Part shown: positions 1 to 10,331 of the stretch, piece after piece
Numbering within the stretch: the stretch's first letter is position 1
Layout of the letters: each line of letters opens with the position of its first letter
Source of the DNA: Dysgonamonadaceae bacterium
Lineage (GTDB): Bacteria; Bacteroidota; Bacteroidia; Bacteroidales; Dysgonomonadaceae
Assembly: GCA_036837375.1 (NCBI GenBank)
Contig: DAITIG010000003.1
Location: forward strand, 2,255-66,254
Direction of reading: 5' to 3'
DNA length: 64,000 bases
Notes under the pieces: generated by a model
Seen by the model: the letters and a program-made list of their open reading frames with translations, nothing else
Databases searched by the model: none
What the model was told of the DNA's origin: nothing
Made by a program: the position numbers and the translations under genes

Positions 1-63
1 AAAATAGGGGAAATTGTGGCATATTTGTATCAAAATATATATTGCATCTTTTGGTTGAGTCAT

Positions 64-936
64 ATGGCAATTTTCGGCAGCGGTTATGATTATTTTCTTG
101 GTTATGCCCTAAGCGGAGGCGGAGCAAGGGGGTTTGCACACTTGGGTACACTGAAAGTGCTGGAACAATATGGCTTGAAGCCCGATGTGATAGCCGGCAC
201 CAGTGCCGGTGCTCTTGCCGGCGTTTTCTATGCCGACGGATTTCAACCCGATGAGATCGTGGAACTGTTCCGAAAGCGCGAATTCAGGGAGTTTGTTTCG
301 TTCACCATTCCCCGAACCGGTTTTCTAAAAAGTACCGGTCTGCATACTTTCCTGAAGAAGAACCTGCGAGCCAAACGATTTGAGGATCTACAGCTGCCTT
401 TCTACGTGGTGACTACCGACTGGGAAAAGGCACGTACCGTTGCTTTCTCCCAGGGAAATGACCTGGTTGATGCAGTAGTGGCATCCTGTTCTGTGCCCGT
501 CATCTTCAATCCCCAGGTGATTGATGGTGTTCCCTATGTGGATGGGGGCATCCTGAAAAACTTCCCGGTAACGGTGATCAGGAAGATGTGCCGTTATGTG
601 GTGGGAGTCAACGTGTCACTGATAATTCCTCCGGCAGAAAAGGAGTCGATCCGGACGATGGTTGAACGGACCTTCAACCTGATGTCGAATGCCAACACAC
701 TGATTGATAAATCCAGTTGTGACATCCTTATTGAGACGAGCGGCCTGGAAAAAATATCGATATTCGACCTGCACAGTCAGAACCAGATCATGGAGAAAGG
801 TTATCAAACTGCAGCCAACACCATGGCCGAGAAGCGATCACTGGAGATCGTGAAAAGATGTCACCGTCATGCGTTGCTCGAGAAGAAAGTAAAAACCCGC
901 CTGCAAATGATTGGTAGCGGAATGACAAACAAATAA
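64..936 (+). CDS. Patatin-like phospholipase (NTE/RssA family)
   Basis: GGGARG oxyanion loop, GTSAG nucleophile and DGG motifs; ATG at 64 preferred over GTG at 16. Confidence 0.9.
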   Translation: MAIFGSGYDYFLGYALSGGGARGFAHLGTLKVLEQYGLKPDVIAGTSAGALAGVFYADGFQPDEIVELFRKREFREFVSFTIPRTGFLKSTGLHTFLKKNLRAKRFEDLQLPFYVVTTDWEKARTVAFSQGNDLVDAVVASCSVPVIFNPQVIDGVPYVDGGILKNFPVTVIRKMCRYVVGVNVSLIIPPAEKESIRTMVERTFNLMSNANTLIDKSSCDILIETSGLEKISIFDLHSQNQIMEKGYQTAANTMAEKRSLEIVKRCHRHALLEKKVKTRLQMIGSGMTNK

Positions 937-947
937 ACCCACATGGA

Positions 948-2642
948 ATGAGAGAAAAGCTGTTCATCTACCAACTGTTGCTCCGCCTCTTCAGCAACAA
1001 AAACGGTACCAATCGGCATAATGGAACACTGGCGGAGAACGGATCGGGCAAATTCAATGACATCAGTGATTCCATTCTGCGGCAACTGAAAGAGGATGGA
1101 TACAGCCATATCTGGTACATCGGTGTGCCGGCACATGCCTCTGCGACAGACTATACCGCGTATGGCATCCCGAAGCAGTACCCGGAGATCGTCAAAGGTA
1201 AAGCGGGTTCTCCCTATGCCATTCGTGATTATTATGATGTGGATCCCGACCTGGCAGAAGATCCTTCCCGCCGCATGGAGGAGTTCGAAGCACTGGTAGA
1301 ACGTACCCACCAGGCCGGATTAAAGGTGATTACAGACATTGTGCCCAATCATGTGGCACGTAACTACTGCTCTGTGGCCAGACCACAGGGTGTGAGTGAT
1401 TTTGGAAAAGATGACGATGATACCGCTGCCTTCTCACCCCACAACAATTTTTATTACCTTCCCGGCCGCACCCTGAAGATACAGCTCCCTCCCGACAAAC
1501 TGGCAGGGTTTACCTACCAGGAGTCACCCGCAAAGGCCACCGGCAATGATTGCTTCACCGATACCCCCACTATCTACGACTGGTACGACACGGTGAAACT
1601 CAACTATGGGGTGGATTACCTCAATGGCATGCAGGCTTATTTTGAGCCATTGCCCAATACCTGGCTCAAGATGAAGGATATCCTCCTTTTCTGGGCTTCA
1701 AAAAAGGTGGATGGCTTCCGGTGCGACATGGCTGAGATGGTACCACTCGCATTCTGGCAATGGGTCATCCCGCAAGTGAAAGGGCAATATCCCGATATCA
1801 TCTTCCTGGCCGAGATCTACAACCCTTCCGCCTACCGTGATTTTCTGGGCGAAGGGCTCTTTGACTACCTCTACGACAAGGTAGGGTTATACGACATGCT
1901 GCGCGAGGTCTCCTGCGGCTACAGACCCTCATCCGACATCTCCTTTGCCCTGAACCAGGTAGGGGATATCCAGCAGCGGATGCTCAACTTCATGGAGAAC
2001 CACGACGAGCAACGGCTGGCATCTGATTATTTCCTGAAAGAGGCATACAAAGGCAAGGCTGCCATGATCGTCACCTGCACCGTCAACAGCAACCCGGTGA
2101 TGATTTACAATGGTCAGGAGTTGGGTGAAAGAGGCATGGATAACGAGGGATTCAGTGGTGTGAATGGGCGCACCTCCATCTTTGACTACTGGTCGGTGGA
2201 TACACTGCGCCGATGGAACAACAACGGTCGGTGGAACGATGAGCTGTTGACACCACAGGAGCTCGAGCTGCAATCCTTTTACCGGCGTCTCATCACACTC
2301 TGTAACCGGGAGGATGCGCTCGCCAGCGGTCTCTTTTACGACCTGATGCCGGCCAATTATGAAAATCCCGACTTTGATTCCACCCGGCTATTCGCCTTTC
2401 TTCGTGGCAACGAGCATGAACTCCTGCTGGTGGTGACTAATTTCGACCAGTCACCCAAAGATTGTACCCTTGTGATACCGGAACATGCCTATTCTTTTTT
2501 CGGAATAAAAGAGAGCGCCGAGGGGACCCTGACACCCCTGCTGCAAAAAAAAGGCGAGATGCTGCTCTTCTCCATTGATTTTCCATACCATTTCCGGATC
2601 GATGGCTTTAGTGGGGAAATATACCGCATCACTTTTTTGTGA
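948..2642 (+). CDS. GH13 alpha-amylase family glycosyl hydrolase (cytoplasmic)
   Basis: GSPYAIRDYY, DIVPNH, GFRCDMAE, LAE and ENHDE conserved regions. Confidence 0.92.
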   Translation: MREKLFIYQLLLRLFSNKNGTNRHNGTLAENGSGKFNDISDSILRQLKEDGYSHIWYIGVPAHASATDYTAYGIPKQYPEIVKGKAGSPYAIRDYYDVDPDLAEDPSRRMEEFEALVERTHQAGLKVITDIVPNHVARNYCSVARPQGVSDFGKDDDDTAAFSPHNNFYYLPGRTLKIQLPPDKLAGFTYQESPAKATGNDCFTDTPTIYDWYDTVKLNYGVDYLNGMQAYFEPLPNTWLKMKDILLFWASKKVDGFRCDMAEMVPLAFWQWVIPQVKGQYPDIIFLAEIYNPSAYRDFLGEGLFDYLYDKVGLYDMLREVSCGYRPSSDISFALNQVGDIQQRMLNFMENHDEQRLASDYFLKEAYKGKAAMIVTCTVNSNPVMIYNGQELGERGMDNEGFSGVNGRTSIFDYWSVDTLRRWNNNGRWNDELLTPQELELQSFYRRLITLCNREDALASGLFYDLMPANYENPDFDSTRLFAFLRGNEHELLLVVTNFDQSPKDCTLVIPEHAYSFFGIKESAEGTLTPLLQKKGEMLLFSIDFPYHFRIDGFSGEIYRITFL

Positions 2643-2670
2643 ATTATTCCTTTATTGCCGTTAGTTTTTG

Positions 2671-2678
2671 TACTTTTG
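2671..2678 (+). promoter_or_regulatory. Bacteroidota sigmaA -7 element (TACTTTTG) for prs
   Basis: Matches TAnnTTTG ~75 nt upstream of the prs ATG. Confidence 0.6.
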
Positions 2679-2751
2679 TCTCGTCGTTCAAACATCGCCG
2701 GGAGAAGGGTCACATGAAGCGATGAGAACCTATTTTTCAAAACCATACAGC

Positions 2752-3687
2752 ATGCAGGAGAGACCATTTAAAATTTTTTCGGGTACCAAATCACGCTATT
2801 TTGCCGAAAAGGTGTGCAACAGTCTGGGGTGTCCCCTGGGCAACATGATCATTGAACATTTTGCCGACGGTGAGTTTGCCGTCTCCTACGAGGAGTCGAT
2901 CCGTGGCAAACAGGTGTTTCTCATTCAATCTACCTTTCCCAACTCTGACAACCTGATGGAGTTATTGCTGATGATCGATGCTGCCAAGCGCGCCTCAGCG
3001 AAGTCGATCGTGGCGGTGATCCCCTACTTTGGGTGGGCGCGGCAGGACCGCAAAGATAAACCACGCGTCAGCATCGGTGCCAAGCTGATTGCCGACATGC
3101 TGGGCGCAGCCGGTATCAACCGGCTGATCACGATGGACCTGCATGCCGATCAGATCCAGGGTTTCTTCAATGTGCCGGTCGATCACCTCTATGCCTCCGG
3201 CGTCTTCGTAGAATATGTGAAACAGCTTGACCTGGCCAACATGGTGATTGCCACTCCCGACGTGGGAGGAACCAAGCGGGCCAGCGCCTACTCCAAGTTC
3301 CTTGGCTGTCCCATGGTGATCTGCTACAAACTACGCAAAAAAGCCAACGAGATCTCTGATATGCAGATCATCGGCGACGTGAAAGGGATGGATATCCTGC
3401 TCATTGATGACATCGTGGATACGGCAGGTACCATCACCAAAGCCGCCGACCTGATCATAGAAAATGGGGCCAACTCGGTCAGGGCTATCGCCAGTCATGC
3501 TGTGATGTCCGATCCTGCCTCTACCCGTATCGACAACTCCAGACTGAAAGAGATCATCTTTACCGACAGCATCCCTTATTCGAAAAAGTCAGAGAAAGTG
3601 AAGATACTCTCCGTGGCTGATATGTTCGCCGATTCGATCATTCGGGTTTGCAACAACGAATCGATCAGCTCACTCTACGTGGTCTGA
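2752..3687 (+). CDS. prs: Ribose-phosphate pyrophosphokinase
   Basis: FADGE, PYFGWARQDRK, DLHADQIQGFF and DDIVDTAGT motifs; start trimmed to MQERPFKIF. Confidence 0.97.
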   Translation: MQERPFKIFSGTKSRYFAEKVCNSLGCPLGNMIIEHFADGEFAVSYEESIRGKQVFLIQSTFPNSDNLMELLLMIDAAKRASAKSIVAVIPYFGWARQDRKDKPRVSIGAKLIADMLGAAGINRLITMDLHADQIQGFFNVPVDHLYASGVFVEYVKQLDLANMVIATPDVGGTKRASAYSKFLGCPMVICYKLRKKANEISDMQIIGDVKGMDILLIDDIVDTAGTITKAADLIIENGANSVRAIASHAVMSDPASTRIDNSRLKEIIFTDSIPYSKKSEKVKILSVADMFADSIIRVCNNESISSLYVV

Positions 3688-3719
3688 CCCTTATTCACCA
3701 CCACCAACAATAAAAAACT

Positions 3720-3760
3720 GTCATAAAAAAACGGCGTGATTCAGCCGTTTTTTTTATGAC
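3720..3760. terminator. Bidirectional intrinsic terminator between convergent prs and LMW-PTP
   Basis: gtcat-A7-cggc / gccg-T8-atgac inverted repeat with 8-nt loop. Confidence 0.85.
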
Positions 3761-4266
3761 AATTGATGTTCTTTCTTGATGGTGAGCAGTAAGCCCTCAC
3801 AGGCATCTTCCAGCAAATCGAGTACCAGCTCGAAGCCTGAAGCATCACCGTAATAGGGATCGGGAATCTGGTCATACTGCTTGCGGAATTGTACCAGATA
3901 TTCGGTCATCAGATGAATCTTCATTGCCTCCTCCTTGTCAGAAGCCATCGACCGTACCGTCTTGTAGTTGTTTTCATCCATCACCAGGATGTAATCGAAA
4001 GCGGAGAGATCCTGCTTCGTGAGCTTTCGGGAACGGCTGCAGAAATCATAACCTCTTTTCTCACCATGGAATCGCATTCGTTCATCTGGAAGCTCCCCCT
4101 CGTGCCATCCGGAGGTGCCGGCCGAATCCACCTCAATCAGATCCTGAAGGCCGTTTTTTTCTATGAGATCCATCATGATGCCTTCAGCTGCGGGTGAGCG
4201 GCAGATGTTTCCCAGACAAACAAAAAGCAACCGGATCTTCTTTTTCTTCCCTTGCGTAGGATTCAT
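3754..4266 (-). CDS. Low molecular weight protein-tyrosine phosphatase
   Basis: VCLGNICRS P-loop, DSAGT and IPDPYY; -7 element (caaagata) at 4311-4318. Confidence 0.95.
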   Translation of the reverse strand: MNPTQGKKKKIRLLFVCLGNICRSPAAEGIMMDLIEKNGLQDLIEVDSAGTSGWHEGELPDERMRFHGEKRGYDFCSRSRKLTKQDLSAFDYILVMDENNYKTVRSMASDKEEAMKIHLMTEYLVQFRKQYDQIPDPYYGDASGFELVLDLLEDACEGLLLTIKKEHQLS

Positions 4267-4382
4267 ATGTTCAATTGAAGTTTACTGTTCAATAACCTTA
4301 ACAAAGAACGCAAAGATAAGTGATTTCTAAAGAAGTCCCAAAAAAAAAAGTAAGCAAGGAGATCGTCGGCTCTGCCGGGAGC

Positions 4383-5603
4383 CTATTCGCGCAGATAGGC
4401 GAAATAGTACTTCACCACCTTTTTAGAGAGCAATTCAATGTTGAGCATATCGGATGCGCGGGAGATATCTTTCACGCTCCCATCCTTGTAGAGGATGTCA
4501 ATGCTGTCATCCTTCTCGCTATACATATCGGTGGAGAGATTGTCGGATGAGATGAAACAGGCGGCCTCCTGCTGCGAGATGCGGTACTTCTCAGCGAACC
4601 TCTTTTGTAGCACCTCCGCGCGCTCCTCATCAAAGGGTTGCTCGGAGATCTCGATCCTGAAGAGGCGACGGTTGATCATCGCTTCGCTCAGCACCGAGAG
4701 CACCGTGTCAGGATGGGAGCTCCACACTTTGAGTGCCGTCCAGATATCATTGTCATCCAGCTCCATGAAACGGGTCAATGCCTCACCTTCATCTTTAAAG
4801 TCATCCAGGTGAGGATCGTTCTGCAGGAAGTAGGAGAGGGAAGGGGAGGCGAACAGCTGCTCTCCCTGGAGGGATAGCAGACGGGCACGCCGCAACGTGT
4901 TAATCATCATCTTCTCCGCTGCCACAGCGGTCTTGTGGAGGTACACCTGCCAGTACATCAAACGTCGCGACATCAGAAAGTTTTCGATGGAGTAGATCCC
5001 TTTCGACTCCACCACCAGCCGTTCATCCTTGAGGTTGAGCATCTTGATGATACGTGCCGAACCGATGTTACCCTCACTCACCCCGGTGAAGAAGCTGTCG
5101 CGACGCAGGTAGTCCAGCCGGTCTACATCGAGCTGACCGCTCACCAGCTGGTGCAGGAATGCCTTGGGATACCGATCGGTGAAGATATCGATGGCTGTTT
5201 GCAATGCTCCCTGCCACTCCCGGTTCATCCGCTCCATCATCAACAACGACAGCGCCTCGTGATGGATATTGGTGACCAGTGTATGCTCCAGCACGTGTGA
5301 GAAAGGGCCATGACCGATGTCATGCATCAGAATGGCTGCCAGTGCCCCGTTGTACTCCTCTTCGGTGATGGTGTGCCCCTTTTCCCTGAGTGTTTTGAGC
5401 GCTTCATCCATCAGGAACATGGCACCAATGGAATGGTGAAAACGGGTATGTTGTGCTCCCGGATAGACGAAGGGAGCCAGCCCCAGCTGGCGGATGCGGT
5501 TCAACCGCTGCAGGTTGGGATGGCAGATCAGCTCATAGACAAAGTCGTTCGGGATATTGATGAATCCGAACACCGGGTCATTGATGATTTTGCGTTTGAT
5601 CAT
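4383..5603 (-). CDS. HD-domain phosphohydrolase (SAMHD1-like dNTPase family)
   Basis: [28 protein letters not shown] and [11 protein letters not shown] motifs. Confidence 0.92.
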   Translation of the reverse strand: MIKRKIINDPVFGFINIPNDFVYELICHPNLQRLNRIRQLGLAPFVYPGAQHTRFHHSIGAMFLMDEALKTLREKGHTITEEEYNGALAAILMHDIGHGPFSHVLEHTLVTNIHHEALSLLMMERMNREWQGALQTAIDIFTDRYPKAFLHQLVSGQLDVDRLDYLRRDSFFTGVSEGNIGSARIIKMLNLKDERLVVESKGIYSIENFLMSRRLMYWQVYLHKTAVAAEKMMINTLRRARLLSLQGEQLFASPSLSYFLQNDPHLDDFKDEGEALTRFMELDDNDIWTALKVWSSHPDTVLSVLSEAMINRRLFRIEISEQPFDEERAEVLQKRFAEKYRISQQEAACFISSDNLSTDMYSEKDDSIDILYKDGSVKDISRASDMLNIELLSKKVVKYYFAYLRE

Positions 5604-6427
5604 TTGAGGTATCGTTCCAGCATCGATTTCATTTCAAGCTGTAGCATCCTTGCCTCTTCTGCAGCCGCGTCGGCGAAATCCTCTCCTCCGCGGGCATAAA
5701 GGATGTTGCGGGAGGAATTGACCAGCAGGCCGCAACGACTGTTCATCCCGTAACGACACACCTCCTCCAGCGAGCCGCCCTGCGCTCCCACACCGGGTAC
5801 CAGCAGGAAATGATCAGGCACTATCCTGCGTACCACCTCCAACATGCGGCCATGCGTGGCACCCACCACATACATCATCTGGTCGGCCGAAGCCCACTGC
5901 TGCGAGCGGCGCAGCACCTTCTCAAAGAGAGGCTCCCCCTCACGGTCCTCCACCAGCTGGAAGTCGTCAGCCCCCTTGTTGCTGGTGAGTGCCAGCAGGA
6001 TCACCCACCGATCGGGGTAGCGGAGGAATGGCTTCACGCTATCCTCTCCCATATAGGGTGCGAGGGTCACAGCATCTACTTTCATTGTGTCGAAAAAGGT
6101 GTGGGCATACATCTCGCTGGTACTGCCGATATCGCCCCGCTTCGCATCGGCGATGATAAACTGTTGCGGATAGCGCTGCCGGATGTAGGCCACCGTCTTC
6201 TCCAGGGCGAGCCACCCCTGCACCCCCATGCTCTCATAGAAGGCCAGGTTGGGCTTGTAAGCCACGCAGTAGGGAGCGGTGGCATCCACGATCACCTTGT
6301 TGAAGGCGTAGAGGGGATCATCGCTATCGAGCAGATGCTCCGGGATCTTCCTGATATCGCTGTCCAGTCCCACGCAAAGGAAGGATTGTTTCTGCTGAAT
6401 CTGTTCAAATAGTTGTTGTCGATTCAT
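5600..6427 (-). CDS. pyrF: Orotidine-5'-phosphate decarboxylase
   Basis: [16 protein letters not shown] and [10 protein letters not shown] motifs. Confidence 0.96.
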   Translation of the reverse strand: MNRQQLFEQIQQKQSFLCVGLDSDIRKIPEHLLDSDDPLYAFNKVIVDATAPYCVAYKPNLAFYESMGVQGWLALEKTVAYIRQRYPQQFIIADAKRGDIGSTSEMYAHTFFDTMKVDAVTLAPYMGEDSVKPFLRYPDRWVILLALTSNKGADDFQLVEDREGEPLFEKVLRRSQQWASADQMMYVVGATHGRMLEVVRRIVPDHFLLVPGVGAQGGSLEEVCRYGMNSRCGLLVNSSRNILYARGGEDFADAAAEEARMLQLEMKSMLERYLK

Positions 6428-6445
6428 AAATCATACGGTTATTAT

Positions 6446-7531
6446 TCAGAGATTGGCCTCTTTCATTCTTTCGGCATTCTCGCTGATCATCAGCTGGTCG
6501 ATCACTCCCTGGATATCCCCCTCCATAAAAGCGGAGAGGTTATAGAGGGTGTAGTTGATACGATGGTCGGTGATGCGCCCCTGTGGATAGTTGTAGGTTC
6601 TGATCTTCGCCGAGCGGTCGCCCGTGGAGACCATCGTCTTGCGGCGTGAGGCGATCTCGCTCTGCCTTTTGGAGAGCTCGATGTCATAGAGCTTCGCCCG
6701 CAGCATCTGCATGGCCAGCTCCCTGTTCTGCAGCTGAGAGCGCGCCTGCTGACAGACCACCACGATGCCACTGGGCTTGTGTGTGAGCTGCACTTTGGTC
6801 TCTACCTTGTTGACATTCTGTCCCCCCGCACCGCTGGAACGGGCGGTGTGGAAATCGATGTCGGCAGGATTGAGCTCTACATCGAACTCCTCCGCCTCGG
6901 GCAGCACCGCCACGGTGGCTGCCGAGGTATGTACGCGTCCCTGTGTCTCTGTCTGGGGTACCCGCTGTACGCGATGCACGCCCGACTCATACTTGAGGGT
7001 ACCATATACATCGTTACCGGTAACGGTGAAGATGATCTCCTTGAAACCGCCGGCGGGACCTTCGGTGAGGCTGGTCACCTCTACCTTCCACCCTTTGCTT
7101 TCACAATACCTGCTGTACATCTTGAAGAGGTCACCGGCAAAGATGGCTGCCTCATCGCCACCGGTGCCGCCACGAATCTCCATGATCACGTTACGGGCAT
7201 CCTCGGGATCGGCAGGTATGAGCAACAGCTTGATCTGCTGCTCCAGGGCCGGAAGCATCTCCATGCTGGCTGCCAGCTCCTCGTTGGCCAGTTGCCGCAG
7301 ATCGCTGTCCGACTCGCTGTCGAGAATCTGCCGTGCCTCGGCGATGCTGTCGAGTGCTGCCTTGTAGCGGTTACGCACCTCCACGATCTTTTGCAAGTCA
7401 CTGTATTCCTTGTTGAGCTTTACAAAGCGGTTCATGTCGGCAATCACCGAGGGGTCGGCGATCAGGGTGGAAACCTCTTCAAAGCGGGTGACCAAATGCT
7501 GTAATTTATCGAGTAAACTGTTGTCTGCCAT
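6446..7531 (-). CDS. prfA: Peptide chain release factor 1
   Basis: GGQ motif, P-x-T anticodon motif (PQT), RTYNYPQ; start trimmed to MADNSLL. Confidence 0.97.
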   Translation of the reverse strand: MADNSLLDKLQHLVTRFEEVSTLIADPSVIADMNRFVKLNKEYSDLQKIVEVRNRYKAALDSIAEARQILDSESDSDLRQLANEELAASMEMLPALEQQIKLLLIPADPEDARNVIMEIRGGTGGDEAAIFAGDLFKMYSRYCESKGWKVEVTSLTEGPAGGFKEIIFTVTGNDVYGTLKYESGVHRVQRVPQTETQGRVHTSAATVAVLPEAEEFDVELNPADIDFHTARSSGAGGQNVNKVETKVQLTHKPSGIVVVCQQARSQLQNRELAMQMLRAKLYDIELSKRQSEIASRRKTMVSTGDRSAKIRTYNYPQGRITDHRINYTLYNLSAFMEGDIQGVIDQLMISENAERMKEANL

Positions 7532-7553
7532 AATGGATATGCATGCAGCCCTC

Positions 7554-8723
7554 TCAATAGAGAAAGCGCCCTTTTTCACTTTCAATCACCAGCTCTCTGT
7601 TGTGCGACGGCTCGACACGTCCCACGATCTGCGCATCGATATGGAAAGCGCGTGAGATATCGATCACCTGTTGTGCGTAGGGTTCCGGTAGATAGATCTC
7701 CATCCGGTGACCCATGTTGAACACTTTGTACATCTCGCTCCAGGCGGTGCCGGAGTGTTGCTGAATCAGTTCAAAGAGGGGAGGAACCGGGAAGAGATTG
7801 TCTTTCACCACCCGCAGTTGTTCACCCAGGAAATGGAGTATCTTCGTCTGTGCACCCCCGGAGCAGTGAACCATTCCGTGAATATTTTCTTTTAATGTAT
7901 TGATTATCTGTAATATAACAGGAGCGTAAGTGCGGGTAGGGGAGAGCACCAGCTTTCCGGCATCCACCCCCAGCGCCGCAACCTGATCGGTCAGCCGCAT
8001 CCCTCCCGAATAGATCAGCTCCTGGGGGATGGAGCTGTCATAACTCTCCGGATATTTCTGAGCCAGATAGCTGGCAAAAAGATCGTGTCGCGCCGAAGTG
8101 AGGCCATTGCTGCCCATGCCGCCGTTATAGCTATGCTCATAGGTGGCCTGTCCCGATGATGAGAGTCCCACGATCACATCACCAGCCTGGATGTGGGCAT
8201 TGTCGATCACGTCGGCACGCCTCATGCGACAGGTTACCGTGCTGTCCACAATGATGGTACGCACCAGATCACCCACATCAGCAGTCTCACCGCCAGTGGG
8301 ATAAATGTGTACACCCAACGTGGAGAGCTCATCACACAACTCGTTGGTGCCATTGATGATGGCGGCTATCACTTCACCCGGTATCAGTCTTTTGTTGCGT
8401 CCAATGGTAGAGGATAACAAGATGTTATTTGTGGCACCCACACAGAGCAGGTCATCCAGATTCATGATCAAGGCATCCTGTGCAATCCCTTTCCAGACCG
8501 AAAGATCACCGGTCTCACGCCAGTAAACGTAGGCAAGCGATGACTTGGTGCCAGCACCGTCGGCATGCATGATGTTGCAGTAATCGGGATCATTGCCCAG
8601 ATAGTCGGGCACTATTTTACAAAATGCTTTCGGATAGAGACCCTTGTCCATCTCCCGGATCGCGTTGTGCACATCCTCTTTCGAGGCGGATACTCCACGC
8701 TGATCGTAACGTTGATTGCTCAT
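7554..8723 (-). CDS. purM: Phosphoribosylformylglycinamidine cyclo-ligase (AIR synthase, Bacteroidota type)
   Basis: [25 protein letters not shown] and FNMGHRME; -7 element (caaagata) at 8749-8756. Confidence 0.92.
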   Translation of the reverse strand: MSNQRYDQRGVSASKEDVHNAIREMDKGLYPKAFCKIVPDYLGNDPDYCNIMHADGAGTKSSLAYVYWRETGDLSVWKGIAQDALIMNLDDLLCVGATNNILLSSTIGRNKRLIPGEVIAAIINGTNELCDELSTLGVHIYPTGGETADVGDLVRTIIVDSTVTCRMRRADVIDNAHIQAGDVIVGLSSSGQATYEHSYNGGMGSNGLTSARHDLFASYLAQKYPESYDSSIPQELIYSGGMRLTDQVAALGVDAGKLVLSPTRTYAPVILQIINTLKENIHGMVHCSGGAQTKILHFLGEQLRVVKDNLFPVPPLFELIQQHSGTAWSEMYKVFNMGHRMEIYLPEPYAQQVIDISRAFHIDAQIVGRVEPSHNRELVIESEKGRFLY

Positions 8724-8819
8724 CGGATGTTTGTTTCTTCGGTTTTTGCAAAGATAGTAAATATTCACCTTTCTGCAGGCGCAGCACCTCCAAATGTTGA
8801 AGGTTAAACAGAAACAGAA

Positions 8820-8847
8820 AATTCCTATAATAACTATTATGTTTAAT
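8820..8847 (+). other. XerCD recombination site (dif), probable chromosome terminus
   Basis: AATTCCTATAA-TAACTA-TTATGTTTAAT: 11-6-11 layout, close to known dif arms (ACTTCCTAGAA/GGTGCGCATAA and TTATGTTAAAT/TTATGTAAACT); intergenic. Confidence 0.8.
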
Positions 8848-8983
8848 CATGATTTGCATTTGCGATTCAATTAAATTCAACACCGGTTCAGAACAACCCT
8901 ACCCAACAGCAATCAAAAAAAAGAGCAGCTCCCGTGATGAAAGCCACCCTTTATTTTGATGATCGATCGGATGAACCGGGGAA

Positions 8984-10255
8984 TCAGAGATTCAGCTCTT
9001 GTTCCACCGCTTTCAGTTCTTCCGATTTGTCGACACCCATGTTGCTCAGGTTGTAATAAACATTTCTCAGCTTCAGCAGTGCCGATTCGATTTCGTTTGC
9101 TTCGGCATTGCGTTCTTTCAGCAATTCGGTATATTTTTCGAGTGGCGGCAAAGCCCTTTGATAATATTCCACTGTTTTCTTATCGTTTTCCATCTGTTTT
9201 TGCCTGTCGCTTATCATGGCTGTCTTCTCCTTCAGATTCTGTGCCTGCAGGATGTAGTTGACGGCGATGGCTTCAAGTGCTCTTTCACAGTTGGGATCCT
9301 GTGCCAATGCCTTGTTATATTCCGCTTCGGCAGCATCGTAGTCACCCTTTTCAGCCAGGAGTGCACCTTTCACGCTATTCAGATCGCATGAGTTTTCCGG
9401 ATTGTTTTGAATGGCCTTATCCAGGTATTCAAGGGCCTTTTCGGTGTTTCCCTCACGGATGAATACATTTACCAGGTTGGGAATGAAATAGTTGCTGGAG
9501 GGGAATCTCTCCGATCCTTCGTAGAGGATCTCAACAAACTTGGCAGAATCACCCAGCTGCAGATATTCACTGGCCATCAACTCATAGATATCGCTCTCCT
9601 TGTAGGCGCTGTTTTCAATGAAAGGCTCATTGGCAGCTCTCTCCAACAAAGCCAAAGCCCGCTTGTGATCTCCTCCCTGAATGGCAGTAATGATGGCGTA
9701 ATACTTGATGGTCTGGTAGGTGCTGTCCAGTACGAATGCATTTTCCTCTCCCTCAAACATCGGCAAGGTTGGGATGTTCCAATACACCTCGAAGAAGTCG
9801 GTCGCTTTCTTATAGTCACCCTGATCGTTATAATAGACACCCCCATTGATATAGAATGGATGGTTGGCACGAAGAATGCTGCTGATATCTTTCCGTACCC
9901 GGTTTCTCACCCTGCCTTTTTCGTCTGGCATCTCGGCTAACGAGTCAGCTTTCACATAAGGGTGATAGGACTCCATCAGTCCGTCGTACATCTCCTTATC
10001 GTTGACACTCTTTCCAAGCATGGCGTTGGTACGCTGGATGTCAAAAGCTTTGTTCCCGATATCCCCCCACAACTTCCAGGTTTCCGGGTCGTTTGCTGTT
10101 TCGGGATGTTCGGCTGCCTGTTTGATCAGTGCTCTGGCTTCGTTCAGGTCGTCGCGTCCCAATGCTCTTTTGGCATCCCTCAATGCCGATTTTTGTGCAA
10201 AGAGACTACCGGTTGACAGAACGGCCATCATTGTAAGGAATAGAATCTTTCTCAT
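8984..10255 (-). CDS. Secreted tetratricopeptide-repeat protein
   Basis: Signal peptide ending SLFA-Q; several TPR-like helical repeats; directly downstream of gyrA. Confidence 0.85.
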   Translation of the reverse strand: MRKILFLTMMAVLSTGSLFAQKSALRDAKRALGRDDLNEARALIKQAAEHPETANDPETWKLWGDIGNKAFDIQRTNAMLGKSVNDKEMYDGLMESYHPYVKADSLAEMPDEKGRVRNRVRKDISSILRANHPFYINGGVYYNDQGDYKKATDFFEVYWNIPTLPMFEGEENAFVLDSTYQTIKYYAIITAIQGGDHKRALALLERAANEPFIENSAYKESDIYELMASEYLQLGDSAKFVEILYEGSERFPSSNYFIPNLVNVFIREGNTEKALEYLDKAIQNNPENSCDLNSVKGALLAEKGDYDAAEAEYNKALAQDPNCERALEAIAVNYILQAQNLKEKTAMISDRQKQMENDKKTVEYYQRALPPLEKYTELLKERNAEANEIESALLKLRNVYYNLSNMGVDKSEELKAVEQELNL

Positions 10256-10331
10256 ATTGTTCAATTTTTATGTGTGGTTGTAGAAATTGTTATTTTTTGA
10301 CTGAATAATTGGAAAAAGTTTAAACGGCGGT

